Shown here: piece after piece, positions 1 to 13,273 of the stretch
Layout of the letters: every line of letters begins with the position of its first letter
How positions within the stretch are numbered: the first letter of the stretch is position 1
DNA from: Adineta vaga
Taxonomy: Eukaryota; Animalia; Rotifera
DNA: 64,000 nucleotides
Assembly (NCBI GenBank): GCA_021613535.1
Contig: CP075492.1
Span: 14,322,001 to 14,386,000 of the forward strand
Direction: 5' to 3'
Program-made: the position numbers and the translations under genes
Notes under the pieces: generated by a model
Told to the model about the DNA's origin: nothing
Database searches by the model: none
What the model saw: only the letters and a program-made list of their open reading frames with translations

Positions 1-502
1 TATGATCATACCAACTGTATCATAATTGGAAAGCTATTGTATCAAGATTATATTGTTTTATAACAAAAATACGAGAATAAATTTACCTTCCAATCCATAG
101 TATTTACCACATAGAATCTCTTAGTTTCATATATACTTTGTGAGAATCTGATTGGTAAGATATACCAATGATATTCATGAGATAGCATGTGTTTGTCAAA
201 CTTTATGTGCCTTAGTTATGATTTAACTTAATAGATAAAACAATAGATTCTCACAGAGAACAAATACTTGCAACGTCAACACCATGGTATCGGTTCAAAT
301 TTAGTATTCTACTAATGAAGCACAAAAAATCAATATTAGTCGCTTATGTGCGTCTGTTTGAACGTCATCCGATACTTTTTCAGCAAAAAAATTTGTATAT
401 TTTTCAGTAGGATATAGAAGAGAGTCATTAGGTTAAATCTTGGATCGCTATCTCTACTTTTTCAGCTAAAATTATCAAATTTATTCTCGTAAAACTTTTA
501 AT

Positions 503-1979
503 ATGCCTGATAAGATCATATCTTCATCAGAACGAAGTGCTTGTTTCAATTGGGGTCGTCTTCTATTTTCGGCGTCTTTTCCACTTGTACTCGGCATCTT
601 TAGTATCATTTTTACAATACAGCAAAATTCAATTTCTCAAGCAAATCGTGAACAAGATCAACGTCAAGCAAATGAACTTCGTCAACAGAATATCTACGAT
701 GCGTATATTAACGATATATCAAAATTACTTCTAAGCCCTACGTTTAATCGATCGAATCCACAACAATTGAATTATATCGGATTTAAAACCGTAGATATTA
801 TAAAACATTTGAGCAATGCTCAGAAACGTGATGTTATTTTTTTTCTATACAATCACGAATTGATTCGAAGAGATAAACCAATTAGTCAACGTGTCAATTT
901 AACTGGAGCAGATTTGGCTGATGTTCATTTCATACAATCGACTTCTCTGAATTGCTATCTTCGAGATATAAATTTGGGATATATTCTTGCTTCGAACATT
1001 GTCTTCGATAAATGTGATATCAGTTTTGGTGTATTTCAGGGAGCTTGGCTGGTTGGAGCAAAGTTCATGAGATCACTTATGCATGGTTCGAAATTTCAAA
1101 AGGCTAATTTGACTGATGCTATATTTGATGGCAATAATATCAATCAAATAAGTTTTCCACATGCAACACTTATTAATTCAAAATTTTTGGGGATGAAACC
1201 TTTTATTACTGATTTCACCAATGCAGATTTGTTAAACAGTGATCTCACTAATAAAGATTTATCGTCTATGAAACATATTATCCGCAATACTCGATTTCCA
1301 AACGGTTCTTTCAGTGTCGTGGACAACTCTCAATTAATTATTGATGGTGGCGCAGAAGATGCAGTAAGTTTTTGAAAAAGTTTTCCAAGAACGCAGGATT
1401 GAATACTTTTCTAGTGCAACCGTAGTCTACGTAAGAAGGATTGGATGGTATTTGAAAAGTCTGTTGGTCTTGATTTCTACAACACAAATAGTACTAATCT
1501 GAATATTCCTAGTGGTGTAAGTGGCAATTGTTATTTTGGTAAGAATAAGACGGGTGTTTTGTATCAATACGTCTCGAAAATTTCTTATTCATTGTTAATT
1601 AACCATGAAATTGCTTATTTCAATCTTTCTGCACTCATGGGTTGCACAATACCGAATAGAAATAATGATCATGCTCTGATTGATGTGCGATGTTTCGATG
1701 AATTTCATAGTGGTCCTGTATGTGGTGGAATAAGTATTAAAAGCATAACTTCTTTGTGTTTGTTCCTTTTCTATTTTGAAAGAATTTATAGGAACAAATA
1801 AAACCTTATCTGGCTTTCATTATTATACGACAGTTGTATTTATTCCAAAAGGAACTGTACATTTGAGAATTTGGATTGAAGTTAATATAAAAATTCCTTC
1901 GAACTCCATTGATAGTGCTGTACAATCTTGTTTTATTGACGAAATAAAACTATTCATTTTCAAGAAAGAAAAATGGTAA
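503..1979 (+). CDS. Pentapeptide-repeat protein with N-terminal TM helix and C-terminal beta-sandwich-like domain; 3 exons (503-1363, 1415-1733, 1792-1979)
   Basis: A(D/N)Lxx repeats (LTGADLADV, FQKANLTDA, FTNADLLNS); hydrophobic helix FPLVLGIFSIIFTI; GT-AG introns 1364-1414 and 1734-1791 join three track ORFs in frame. Confidence 0.8.
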
Positions 1980-3134
1980 GAATAATCAGTGTTCGTCTTC
2001 TTTTCATCTTTATATTTGTTCTTTTTCTTAGAGATTGTTAATATAATTATTGGACTATTCTAAACATCAGACGCAAGCGATAAATACACAGTGTTTACAG
2101 TGTAGTTTTTTCGAGACAATCTAATATTTTTGTTCATCCTTCTGAATTATAAAAACAATTTATCATAAAGAATCGTATAATAAGTGAATAACATCTATTT
2201 GAAATTGATTTCGTTGAGGATGTGGATGTGGGTGTGAACGTAAATGTAGGTAGGTGACATGTTTATTAATGTCAAAGCCTAGTCCTCACTCATGACTGTG
2301 TGGCACTTGTTGTTACTCAAGAGAGATCACTTTTAGACTCTATGTATGATTATTTGTAAGAGGTTTATGAAATATACCTGAATGAATATGAATTATTTGA
2401 AAAAGATGGATATAGATAAACTTGGAAAGCATATTTGATGTGTTCACTGTTAGATAAACAAATTAAAAGTTACTAGCGCTTAGAAAAAGAATTCTTTCAT
2501 AAATCGGTTGACTCAAAAAGCATATCTATCATAGAAATTTGTATGCTTTCAATTTCATTCTCATTTCTCAAAGGTAGCAGAATTTTTTACAAGATCGTCA
2601 CAGCTTGATATGATAAGTTTGATTTAATTCAAACTCTTTTAACGAATTTTGTTTTCTTTTTCGCAGTATCGAACAGCGTCATAGACAACGTAGCAAATGT
2701 CATGATATTCGGTGTTTATCTATAAAAAAAACATTAATTGGTTACTCTTGACAGATTGAAACATCTGAAGTTTCATGTTTTTATTAATATTACATATTTG
2801 ATGAACTATCTAAAATGCTTGCTGTTATTTAACTCAGATGCTGAAAACGAATCTATTGTACAAAATGAGCGTCGATTGATTTGTCTCGCTTTGATTCTTC
2901 TACTGATATAATTTGTCATTAGAACGTTCTATTATTCTATCGCGCTCTTCTTCTTGATAAAAAGTAACAAGTAACGAAGAAAACGATTTTAACATTGTCA
3001 CGTGGTTCTATTCAGACGAACAAAAGAAAGAAGGAGGAAGACGAACATGAAAATAATCGTATTGTACAGAATAGCATGCATTTGTTTTCTTTCTCATCAT
3101 ATTTGTGCGCATAATATTATTACAATTAATCTGA

Positions 3135-3476
3135 ATGAATCCATCTCTGAGCATTTTGACACTGGGGCTCACACAGAGTATTCTTGATTCTGTTAAAAAT
3201 CGACTTGTTGTCCAAGGAATTGATGTTGGAACACTTGCAGTTACAAATGAACCCTCGTGTGATAATGAAATAGCTCGTATTGCAAGTTCAAAAGATTGGA
3301 ATGGTGTTATTGTTGGATATGGCGTACGAAATGATACTGATTGGTTTGAACGAGTGTTGCAAATAATACATTCAGCAAATCCAAATATTTCATTGATCGA
3401 TCACAAAAATCCAGATGATGTGGAAAATGCTATCGAACGTCATTACAATATTCGATTACCGCTTAACAAAACATAA
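3135..3476 (+). CDS. Small hypothetical protein resembling a bacterial/fungal uncharacterised family
   Basis: Intronless 113-aa ORF; motif WNGVIVGYGVR...WFERVLQIIHSANP...PDDVENAIER; AATAAA immediately downstream. Confidence 0.6.
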   Translation: MNPSLSILTLGLTQSILDSVKNRLVVQGIDVGTLAVTNEPSCDNEIARIASSKDWNGVIVGYGVRNDTDWFERVLQIIHSANPNISLIDHKNPDDVENAIERHYNIRLPLNKT

Positions 3477-3715
3477 TGAATAAAATATTTGTTTCCAAAA
3501 TCTTGCGAATAAATATGTAAAAGAGCTATACTTTGATAAAAGAAAATAATTTAGACATCATTTTCATTCTTCATCCGTCATTATGTCGTATGACAATATT
3601 ATTTTAGTATAGATAAGGATGACAATGCAAAGATAGAAGATAAATTTCAAGATTAAAAACCATGTAAAAAATGAGTACATTCATCACACTTCTATCTTTA
3701 ACTTCAAGAAGCAAA

Positions 3716-5038
3716 ATGATATTGCACTATGTACTATGTCTATTTGCGTACGTATGAAAACTACAGTGAAACTTGAAAAACTAGGTTAAATTTTCAATCA
3801 GTGCTAAATACATATTTTCTACATGATTATTCTCTTTTTAGGATACTGGCAATAATCAATGGTAATAGAATAATACACAATTTATGATGATGAAAGTTAA
3901 TTTCTTTTTGTTATTTTTTTATTTCAGGTCGATCTGTTCCTAAAGAATCGAGTGATTGTAAGTATACATACATAGGAAGTTTTATATTTTGACAAGACTC
4001 TAATCCTTAAAAATCCATTTCTAATCATAGGTCCAAGTGATTTGAAATGGAATACGAATGGAATAACGATAATGAGTAATGATAACAATTTAAATAAAAA
4101 ATAATTGAGTTTTCCTATTGGTTTATTTATTGAACCTAAAACACAAATAATGTATGTTACTGATAGTGGCTACAACTATGTACTTAAACGTTATCCAAAT
4201 GGTGAAATTCAAATAGCTGCTGGTCGATTAGATCGCACTGGAGGATCGACACCGGATAGATTATCTGGTCCAATGGATGTTTTTGCAGATGAAAATGAAA
4301 ATATTTATATTGCTGACTGGAGCAATCAACGCATTCAATTCTGGGAAAAAGGTGCTAAACGTGGAAGTACAATTGCTGGAAATGGAACACGTGGTAGTGC
4401 ATTAAATGAATTTGGTTTTCCAAGGGATGTTTTACTCATTTCACAAGAACATATAATTGTTGCTGATTATGAAAATCAACGTATAACACGATGGCCATCA
4501 ACATATGATTCAAAAACATCTATCGGGAGCATTATAGCCGTAAGAAAATGATTGAATTTTTATTCGATAGATATTTTTGTCGTCATTATTATTTTAGGGT
4601 GGAAATGGTGCTGGTCTTAGTCCACCGCAATTAGATGGTCCAACTGGATTATATTTTGATAAGGCGGCAAATAACTTGTACATCGTCAATGAGCTAGCTC
4701 ATACAGTGATACAATGGAATCTGGATGGTTATGGAAGTAAAAGTATCTATGCTGGTATTCCGGGAAGACCAGGTAATAGTACAGTACAATTACAGAGTCC
4801 TCAAGGTATAACCATGGATAAATATGGTAATTTATATGTGACTGATTGTGATAATCATCGAATACAAATGTTTTGTCCAAATTCTGTATTTGGTATTACA
4901 ATTGCTGGTACTGATGAAATGGGTAATGGAAGTAATCAATTATATTTTCCTCGTGATGTGGCACTTGATGCAGAAATGAATTTATATGTCACAGATACAT
5001 ATAATCAACGTATACAAAAATTCGAAAGAGTTCAATAA
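3716..5038 (+). CDS. Secreted NHL-repeat beta-propeller protein; 5 exons (3716-3747, 3842-3861, 3928-3957, 4031-4539, 4598-5038)
   Basis: NHL repeats (LSGPMDVFADENENIYIADWSNQRIQ; LQSPQGITMDKYGNLYVTDCDNHRIQ); micro-exons splice to signal peptide MILHYVLCLFAILAIING. Confidence 0.85.
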
Positions 5039-5252
5039 AAAGAGTTTTTTTTATTAATTTTATGTAATTCACTCATATGAAGGATGAAAAATGAATGCAT
5101 TAAAATGAGAGTACATACGTTATATTTTGCGAGATTCATAAACCCACTGTTTAGTTTTACTAGGCTGTTGGATGATAACATAAAACGGTATGAGTAAGAC
5201 AAGAACCTTTCTTCATCCTTATTTGATCATGTATATACGTAAATAGAAGTAA

Positions 5253-6287
5253 TTAGAATCTATGACGTTGCGAAAGAAGATTAAGACATTGTTGATAAAG
5301 ACTATTTCGAAATAATTGACTGGTTAATGTATTAACATAGAATGTTTTACAATAATTTGCAAAATAAAGCCAACGAGCTATAAAAGCAGATATAAAATAA
5401 ACTTGAATAACAAATAGATCTGTTAGTACAGGATTAAGATAAGTATATATATAAATGATTAGAAATGGTATATGTAATATGCTTGTTAGAGTTATTTGGA
5501 CTAGGACCATACGAAACATATGAAAATTATGACGACTATGAACGGATACTGTTTCATTTGTTGGAACTGTTGTACCTAATCTTATTCTATTCGTTCCATT
5601 ATTTATTTGTTGATTAACTCGATTTCGACTTCGTTTCATATTAAATAAAATCAATAAACTGAATGTTGCTAAAACCAAAGGAGTAATTGCTCCATTGAAC
5701 AGTGAAAAAATAAGTCCATCAATAATAAAAAAGATGGTCGATGAACCAAGAATAACTTGACATTGATTTTGCATTGTCGATGGATTTTGACGAACATCAT
5801 AAGCAATTGGATAATGTAATGCAAGTAATGCCCAAATTAGAAAACAACTTACAACTACAATACGACTTATTCTTAATTGACTCCATTTTCGAAGTGTTTG
5901 TTTCAATGAACTCATACAAAATCGATCGATAGATATCAGCGTTAAATAAGTTGATGACAAACATGGTGAAATAAATCGAACAAAATTTCCCAATTTACAC
6001 CAAATTCTTGATAATAAAATTTCATCACCAAGTGATGGATTAAATGCTGCTATCGTTTCAATTAGAATAAATATATTTATAGTACTAAGATCTACAATTG
6101 ATGTTGCCAAGAAATAAACTCCACATGGTTTATTTCGAAGTTGTTTTTGAAGAAATGTAGCGATATTTAAGCTGGCTCCACATATACCAAATATATAGAG
6201 TAAAATATATACATATTTATTCATTTCATTAAGAATAGCCAGCGTTCGAATAAGATCAAAAATCGACTTACTAGTTGAATTATCCAT
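5253..6287 (-). CDS. Orphan class A (rhodopsin-like) GPCR, intronless
   Basis: Seven hydrophobic segments; TM3 C..K...SIDRF motif; TM7 FYVNTLTSQLFR. Confidence 0.85.
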   Translation of the reverse strand: MDNSTSKSIFDLIRTLAILNEMNKYVYILLYIFGICGASLNIATFLQKQLRNKPCGVYFLATSIVDLSTINIFILIETIAAFNPSLGDEILLSRIWCKLGNFVRFISPCLSSTYLTLISIDRFCMSSLKQTLRKWSQLRISRIVVVSCFLIWALLALHYPIAYDVRQNPSTMQNQCQVILGSSTIFFIIDGLIFSLFNGAITPLVLATFSLLILFNMKRSRNRVNQQINNGTNRIRLGTTVPTNETVSVHSRHNFHMFRMVLVQITLTSILHIPFLIIYIYTYLNPVLTDLFVIQVYFISAFIARWLYFANYCKTFYVNTLTSQLFRNSLYQQCLNLLSQRHRF

Positions 6288-7585
6288 TGTCTTTCGTTCT
6301 TTTATGGTAAAATCAGCAAAACAAATTGTATGCTAAGGACTTTTTCAGGATTATATATAGAGAAGAAAGAATTTATTATTCGAACTTTTCTTTTGTACTA
6401 TAAAAAGAAAAGTAAACAGAGAAGAAGATACTATATTTCAGACGTTTGATTAAATTACATGTCAAGTTATATTAGAAGATAATTAACTTTTGTTCTAATT
6501 AAAAAATCTTTTCTGAGACGAATTCTTATAAATATTCGAAGAATGAGAGTGAACATAAGTCATGCACACACACTTACACTCTCAAGTTTTTATGCATAAA
6601 TACATAAAAATAAGAAATCAAGTTTTTCGAAATACCTAGATAAATAGAATAATTTAGAAAATGAGTAAATTATGTTTGTTCATAATATGTGACAGTTTCA
6701 CATAGTACATTTTATGATCTGCATATTTAATGATGGAGGAAGCCGATTTATCTGTAATATTTCATACGAGATTATATGACATACTGACAACGTAAATAGC
6801 ATCTAACTTAGTGGATCTTTTCGCGAAGTTCGGCATTAAGAATAGAATGAAACAAACAACAGAAGTTTTTTCTAGATATGTTCTTCCATATAGAAAAATA
6901 GCTGGCCACTGCGACAGCGCATGATAGAATTTGAAGTTTGAAAATTACTTGCTTCTTACATGACGATGATAGCAGATTTTCTATTGCCCATCTTAGCTAT
7001 TTTGCTTAGAAGTAATAGAGAAAACGTACGTTGTAGTTTTCAATAGTATGATATGTGAAAAAAGCGTTTCCTGCAGTTCTTTTACGCAGATTATCAAAAA
7101 ACAAATCGTCCTATAAGTACAAATCGAAAGATATTATTTTTATCAAAAATCGATAATCATGCAGAGATATAAGATCGTGAATGTGACTGAATATAAACTT
7201 TTTTATTGCTTGCAATGCAATGCACAAGTGAATTAATTCAAAATATGCGACAAAAAATGTTTAATAAGAATTTATCAAACGCATTTGAATGTAGCTATAC
7301 GAATGAAGCTTCGCTAATAAGATAATGTTATGAAATAATTACGTAGTGTACTCTTTCGTAGGATTCAATGAAAAAAAATTAGTCATGATGTCATGATTTA
7401 ATGAGAGATCAAAATCGAATAGCAATTGACGTCATGATATGAAAGGTATACAGCAATAGAAGAAAAGAAAGAAAAAAGATTTCAAAAGCATTGCATCAAT
7501 GTGATTATAACTAAATATTTTTCTTTTCTTTCTGTCTTTTTATCTTTTTTTCTCATTTATAACAGAAAAAGAATCATTTCTCAAC

Positions 7586-8424
7586 ATGACTCTCGGTTTT
7601 ATCAATGCTGTCAAATTTACAAGATCCACTCAACATGGTATATTTAGTTACTTATGTGTCATAATAAATTTTTACTAATGTTATTTAAATAGGATGGCGT
7701 AATCTAATCAAACCTTATTTGATCTCAACAATTGGAATTGGTACAAGTGCAACTGTAGGCGATTTTATCTGTCAATATTTACAAAGAAATAAACAAAACA
7801 AAAGTAATGTTACTACTCAAATATCATCGTCTTGTATATTACCTTGGTGGGATAGACAACGTTCTCTAGTCATGTGTATCTCGTCTACATTCGTCGTAGC
7901 ACCTTGGAATTTTACAGTTTCAAGAATTATCGAAAATCTATTTCCAGGTAAATATATCATAGAAAAAAGATTTGAATTTTAGCTGAGAATCTTTGCTTTT
8001 CTCGATAGGAAAACAAGGCATTCAAATTCTTAAAAAAATGTTAACTAATACATTACTTGCACCAATTGGTATATGTCTCGTCTTTGTATCAGTTACTCTT
8101 CTCAACGGTCGATCATTTCATGATGCCGAAATTAAAATCACAAATGATTTATGGAAAACATTTTTCACTGGAACATGTTATTGGCCATTTGTTTCTTTTA
8201 TTAATTTTCGTTTTATACCACTTGACTATCGACCATTCGTTGGAAGTCTAGCTGGAGCCATATGGAATATTTATATATCTTCTATTGCAAATGCGACAAC
8301 GGATAAATCTAAACAAACGTTGACAGAAACGAAGGCGAATTTTCCTGGCGGAATAAGCGAAAAAACAATGACAGTATTGCAAAAAATACGAAATATTTTA
8401 AATCAAAATAAAAAAGATTTGTAG
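7586..8424 (+). CDS. Mpv17/PMP22 family membrane protein; 3 exons
   Basis: GDFICQ, WDRQRS and YWPFVSFINFRFIPLDYR...WNIYIS motifs; short GT-AG introns near 7638-7693 and 7948-8009. Confidence 0.85.
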
Positions 8425-8649
8425 GGCATACGAAAATGAATATTACTGAATGATATTATACGTATTGATTAATATAGATCTTCAAAGATAAGTGATGAAA
8501 ATTTGTTTGTTCATTCTGAGAATAAACGAAAATGCTATTTAGAAGTATTGCAGAGAATATTTCTTTGACAAAAAAGAATAATTGTAATAATAATAAAAGT
8601 GCGAGAATAAAAGAAAAGAAACGAAAAAAATCCTTTAATAAAATTAAAT

Positions 8650-8976
8650 TCATCGCGGACAAACTGCACCATATTGCCAATGACATCGATTATCGGTTCC
8701 AGCATAACAGCATGCGCCAAGTTGAACAGTACAATGGTTATCTAAGTTACCTGTTGAAACACCTCTCGTATCGACTGTTCCACAGCATCGACCTTTGCTA
8801 CCGTAATCACTCCAACATTGAACATAATTGTTTGTTCGTTTTTCGAATTGATCTCCGTCCATAAAACGTTTAAGAAATCGAAGATAATTATCTTGATTTC
8901 CAAATGCATATGTAGATTGAACCATGATCGCAAAGATCAACGTTATAACTAGAACTGTAATAGTTGTTGATTTCAT
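8650..8976 (-). CDS. Secreted cysteine-rich peptide precursor (signal, propeptide, KR site, 8-Cys mature peptide)
   Basis: Signal peptide MKSTTITVLVITLIFAIMVQSTYA; two KR sites; mature region has C-CC-C-CC-C-C framework. Confidence 0.8.
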   Translation of the reverse strand: MKSTTITVLVITLIFAIMVQSTYAFGNQDNYLRFLKRFMDGDQFEKRTNNYVQCWSDYGSKGRCCGTVDTRGVSTGNLDNHCTVQLGACCYAGTDNRCHWQYGAVCPR

Positions 8977-9733
8977 TTTTTTCTGAATTTCTTCGAATGA
9001 ATATGTGCTACGATGTTTTGATTCGTCTCCTCGTTTATATCCAAAAGTTTTTTATATAACTGCATAATAAATATATAATTATTAAAAAAATCCTACTGGT
9101 AAATTGATGTACCATAAAGCACTTGAAGGACATTCTATACACATATATCCAAGGTGGATTTAGTATTTTTCGAGTATATAACTTGACATTTACTTCAGTA
9201 AAAAGAATTCTGAATTATAATTCGAAAAAAATGCTTTTCTATGTTATGAATAACACGAAAGTTTATTGACGTATAATTATTTTTACTCTGTCGATGAATA
9301 TTTTTTCAGTTGTACTCAATAATCTTCCCTTGCTTCATATTTTTTATCTTTAAAGTACACCTTACACTGTTATTAGCACTAATTTTCTTCGCTTTATTCA
9401 AAGTTACCTTCGAAATCTGCTTATAGCTTATAGGATCAATCCCTTTATCGTATTTTCACTGTTCGTTCTTTTTCTATAGTCACTTGATTTTTCCTTTCTG
9501 TGTCTGTTTGGTATATTCCAATCATAACATATATATATATATTCTCCTTTCTAATCTATGATTCATTGCCTTTTTTTGCTTGGATACCCATACATAACAT
9601 ATACAAAGTAAAGATTCTTCTTTTAATATTTATAATTTACATTTCGTTCGCAATTTCTTAGTGTCAACATTCAATTGTAATCCGTATAAGTGAAAACATA
9701 TAACATGTTTCTTTGTTGAATCTTTTAATTTTA

Positions 9734-10788
9734 GAAAAGCATCGATTACAAATCTCGAAGATCTCTCCAATGAGATCGTATTTGAAATTTTTGAATATCT
9801 CAATTTCAATGATATATACAAAGCCTTTTCCAATCTAAATATTCGTTATGAAAATCTTCTTATTGATCCATTATTTCCTATAAAAATAAATCTTTCGTCT
9901 ATATCAAAATTATCGTTTCAATATTATTATACGCAAATTCTCGTTCCCTATCAACATCGAATTCAATCACTTCGCATATCAAGTGCATTTATAATTGATC
10001 TCCTTTTTGCATCGAAATCTATTGAATTAAACTTAATTCATCTTGAAAAATTAGTTCTTCATAATGTTAGTAAATCGAACTATTTTCATGATTTACTTGA
10101 TTATTTACCATCAATTCCATGTCTAACTTCATTGGTTATAATTTGCAAACATCCTGTTCAAAATAAAAGTTCGATTTATCAACAAATATTTCGTTTATCT
10201 CAATTAAAATATTGTAACATATCATTCGATGGATTTAATAAATATGAAATATTACCTATGGCCAAAGATGAATTTAGCCCTATGGAAATTTTTATTATCA
10301 ACGATCGATGTACTATCACTGAATTTAATGTTCTGTTATCATACGTACCTAAACTTCGTCGTTTATCGGCACCTTATCTAATTGATTCCGATGATAACCA
10401 AATTAGATCATACACAAGTACATTAAATCATCTAACACATTTTTCATTAGATTGTGATTGTATTCATTTCAATCAATTTGAATTAATGATACAAAATTTA
10501 TTTCCATACATTCAAGTTTTACATTTTTCAACAGAAGAAAATAAAAATTTTTTTGATGCTCATCGATGGGAACATTTAATTACATGTCATATGCCGCATT
10601 TACGAATTTTTGATATGAAAATTTCTAGTTACTTAAGCTTTATAGGACAAAGAAATGATTGTATCAATAAAATTGAACAATTCAGTTCTTTATTTTGGCT
10701 CGAACGAAATTGGTTTTTTACTTATTCTTTTGACGATCACATTTTTGGCGAACGTATTATTTTATTTTCGAAGAATTCATTCAAATAA
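9734..10788 (+). CDS. F-box/LRR-like protein; start exon not located
   Basis: Frame open from ~9736 (ITNLEDLSNEIVFEIFEYL...YKAFSNLNIRY) continuing into track ORF 10132-10788; preceded by a ttttag acceptor. Confidence 0.7.
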
Positions 10789-10937
10789 ACTAATAGATAA
10801 CTAGCCAACTTTTTGATTTTCATTTCAAATGCTTAGTGACCAAGGAAAGAAAACACAACGAACAAAACGATGATATGCGATCGAAGAAGATGAACAGGAA
10901 AAAAAGAAAAGAGATAATAGTGTGTACAAAGAACTAT

Positions 10938-13273
10938 TCAGGTTTGCACGGTTATTTTTAATGAAGTACGATGAAGTTTAGGAAAGAAAGATAAAGGACA
11001 AGAATTCTTAGTCGATGTTTCATTTTGTCCTTTTACAACTCGAACACGTTTACGGTTACACCAAAGACTCAATGTCACAGCAATCCAAGCAGCAGCAATT
11101 AGAACAGCACAAGCAAGACCAATAATATTTGCACGAAAATAACGTTGCAAATGACCTGATATAAACGCTCCAAGTATATCACATAGATTCACTATTGACA
11201 TATACGTTGTAAACTGAGAACCTTAGTTTTTTTTACAAACGAAAACAACAGTGTTGATTTTAATTGAACAAAAGTATAGTTACCTTCTACATGTGCCTGA
11301 CAAAGAGACATAAGTACTGGCATTGCTGCAGCTGACAAAATAGGATCCATCATACTCCAAAGAACGAGTACAGTTGTGGCCACTGCTCGAACATGCCAAA
11401 ATGATTCAAGAAGATTTGCAATTAATATATAACTAGCATGAATAAATATAACAATAAGAAGAAGACGACGAGCTCCAATTCGATCGGCAAGCCATCCTCC
11501 AGTAAGTACAACACCAACAACAATTAATGTTCCGTAAGCACCGGAAAGAATAGAAACTGATGTATCCGACCAGCCCAAAACATTTATTAAATGAACTATA
11601 TATATATAAAGAAACAAAACATATTCCGATTTATTTTTCTCATCAAATTTGACTAACTATTATATGCTCGAATGAATATTGATTGACATGAATAAACTAT
11701 TATAATCGGAAGAAATAATTGAAGAGATTCTTTTGACAATAATCCTTTAAATAATTCTTTAAATAATTTCGGAATGGAATAATCATATGATGGTCGATAT
11801 GTTCTTCGATGTATGATTTTAGTTGAACATGGAAATAAATGATCATCAGATTTCTCTTTAATAAAAATAGTTAGAATAGTGAATAGAAATAAAACAGATG
11901 AATTCATAATTGCTGCTATTAGATAACCTTTATTTCGTAATATCCACGATAAACCAGCAGCACCAACAGCTGATCCAACTAGAAAACCTCCACGCATAAA
12001 TCCATTGATTCGTCCACGTTCATGAATCGGTATTGTTGTTATAGCTTGAGCGTCAACACTAGCATCTTGAATTGATGCAAAAATCGAATGAATAAAAAAC
12101 GCAATAACTAATGTTTTCAAATATTTTGTTGGAGGATCACCAACAAATAGAAGACCAAGTGAAGCAAGAAAAGCACAAATTTGTGCTAGAAGTATCCATG
12201 GACGTCGACGTCCCATTGGAGATGATTGAAAACGATCTCAAATTTAACGAAGAGGAAGATTAATGAGACTATTGAATGAATATCTTTTTACCAATAAGTG
12301 GACCCCAAACAAATTGAAGTGCCTAAAATGAACGAATGAATATAAATTTAATTAACGTTGTAACAAACCCATGGTAAACTTGAAAGTGATACAAATGTTC
12401 CAACGGTTGACGAATCTTGTCCTTCAGCTATGAGAAATTTGCTTTTAAAAAACCGTTCTGTTTTTCTCGAATGAGATAATATTTACCAGTAAAATAATTC
12501 GCAAGAGCTGTTGAAGCGAATCCTGCAGGAATACCTTGCATAAGATATAAATAAAAAAAAGAAAAATATCGAACAAAAATATTCTCTGTTAAACTAAATA
12601 AATAAGTTCGTTTTTTTCCTTGATCATTTCGAGAGTAATAAGAATATTTCATTGTATAATTTGATAAATTTCCACATAAATCATTGCTTGCATATCGACA
12701 GGAAAAATTTGGTAATGTCACTAAAATATAATCATTTAAATTCAGGTTAGATTCGATTGATTTCCATTCAGATTCTAAGGGATGTAAACATTCGAAATGA
12801 TATGTTGAAAATAAATGAATTTCGAATAAGAATGTTTTATTTTCATCTTGAATTATTCTTTGAGTTGTTTGTAAATAATGATTTACTTCAAGTGTGTTTA
12901 ATAATGATGATGGTTCATCCGTTAATTGAAATATTTCTTTAAGCTGATCACAGATTTGTTCACATTTTTGAAATAGATGTTGAAGAAATTTTAAGTTTGG
13001 ATTAATATTCATTTGATTTAACAGAAACGATTCTTTTTCATACGATTGGTCATTTGAATGAATTGCTGAGATATAATTCGAACCAAAGGAACGTTTTAAT
13101 TCATCAGATTGATGAAAAATTTCTTCGCAATATGATTTTAAAGCTTTTTCATCTTCAATTTGATCAAATAATGATGACGAACGATTAATATAAAAATAAG
13201 CACGAGATTTTGCCAATGATACCATTGCATTCTCATTGCAATTATTCAAATCAATAATTACTGGTACTGTCAT
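10938..13273 (-). CDS. AmpG/acetyl-CoA-transporter-like MFS permease fused to an N-terminal degenerate 2OG-Fe(II) oxygenase-like domain; 6 exons
   Basis: LYLMQGIPAGF, LPWALQFVWGPLIDRF, GRRRPWILLAQ, ASIQDASVDAQAI, EGSQFTTYMS; introns 12428-12486, 12323-12368, 12237-12291, 11596-11657, 11222-11283. Confidence 0.8.

Noticed and set aside
8456-8933. Several ORFs overlapping the Cys-rich peptide gene
   Set aside because: Antisense or alternate-frame shadows without motifs
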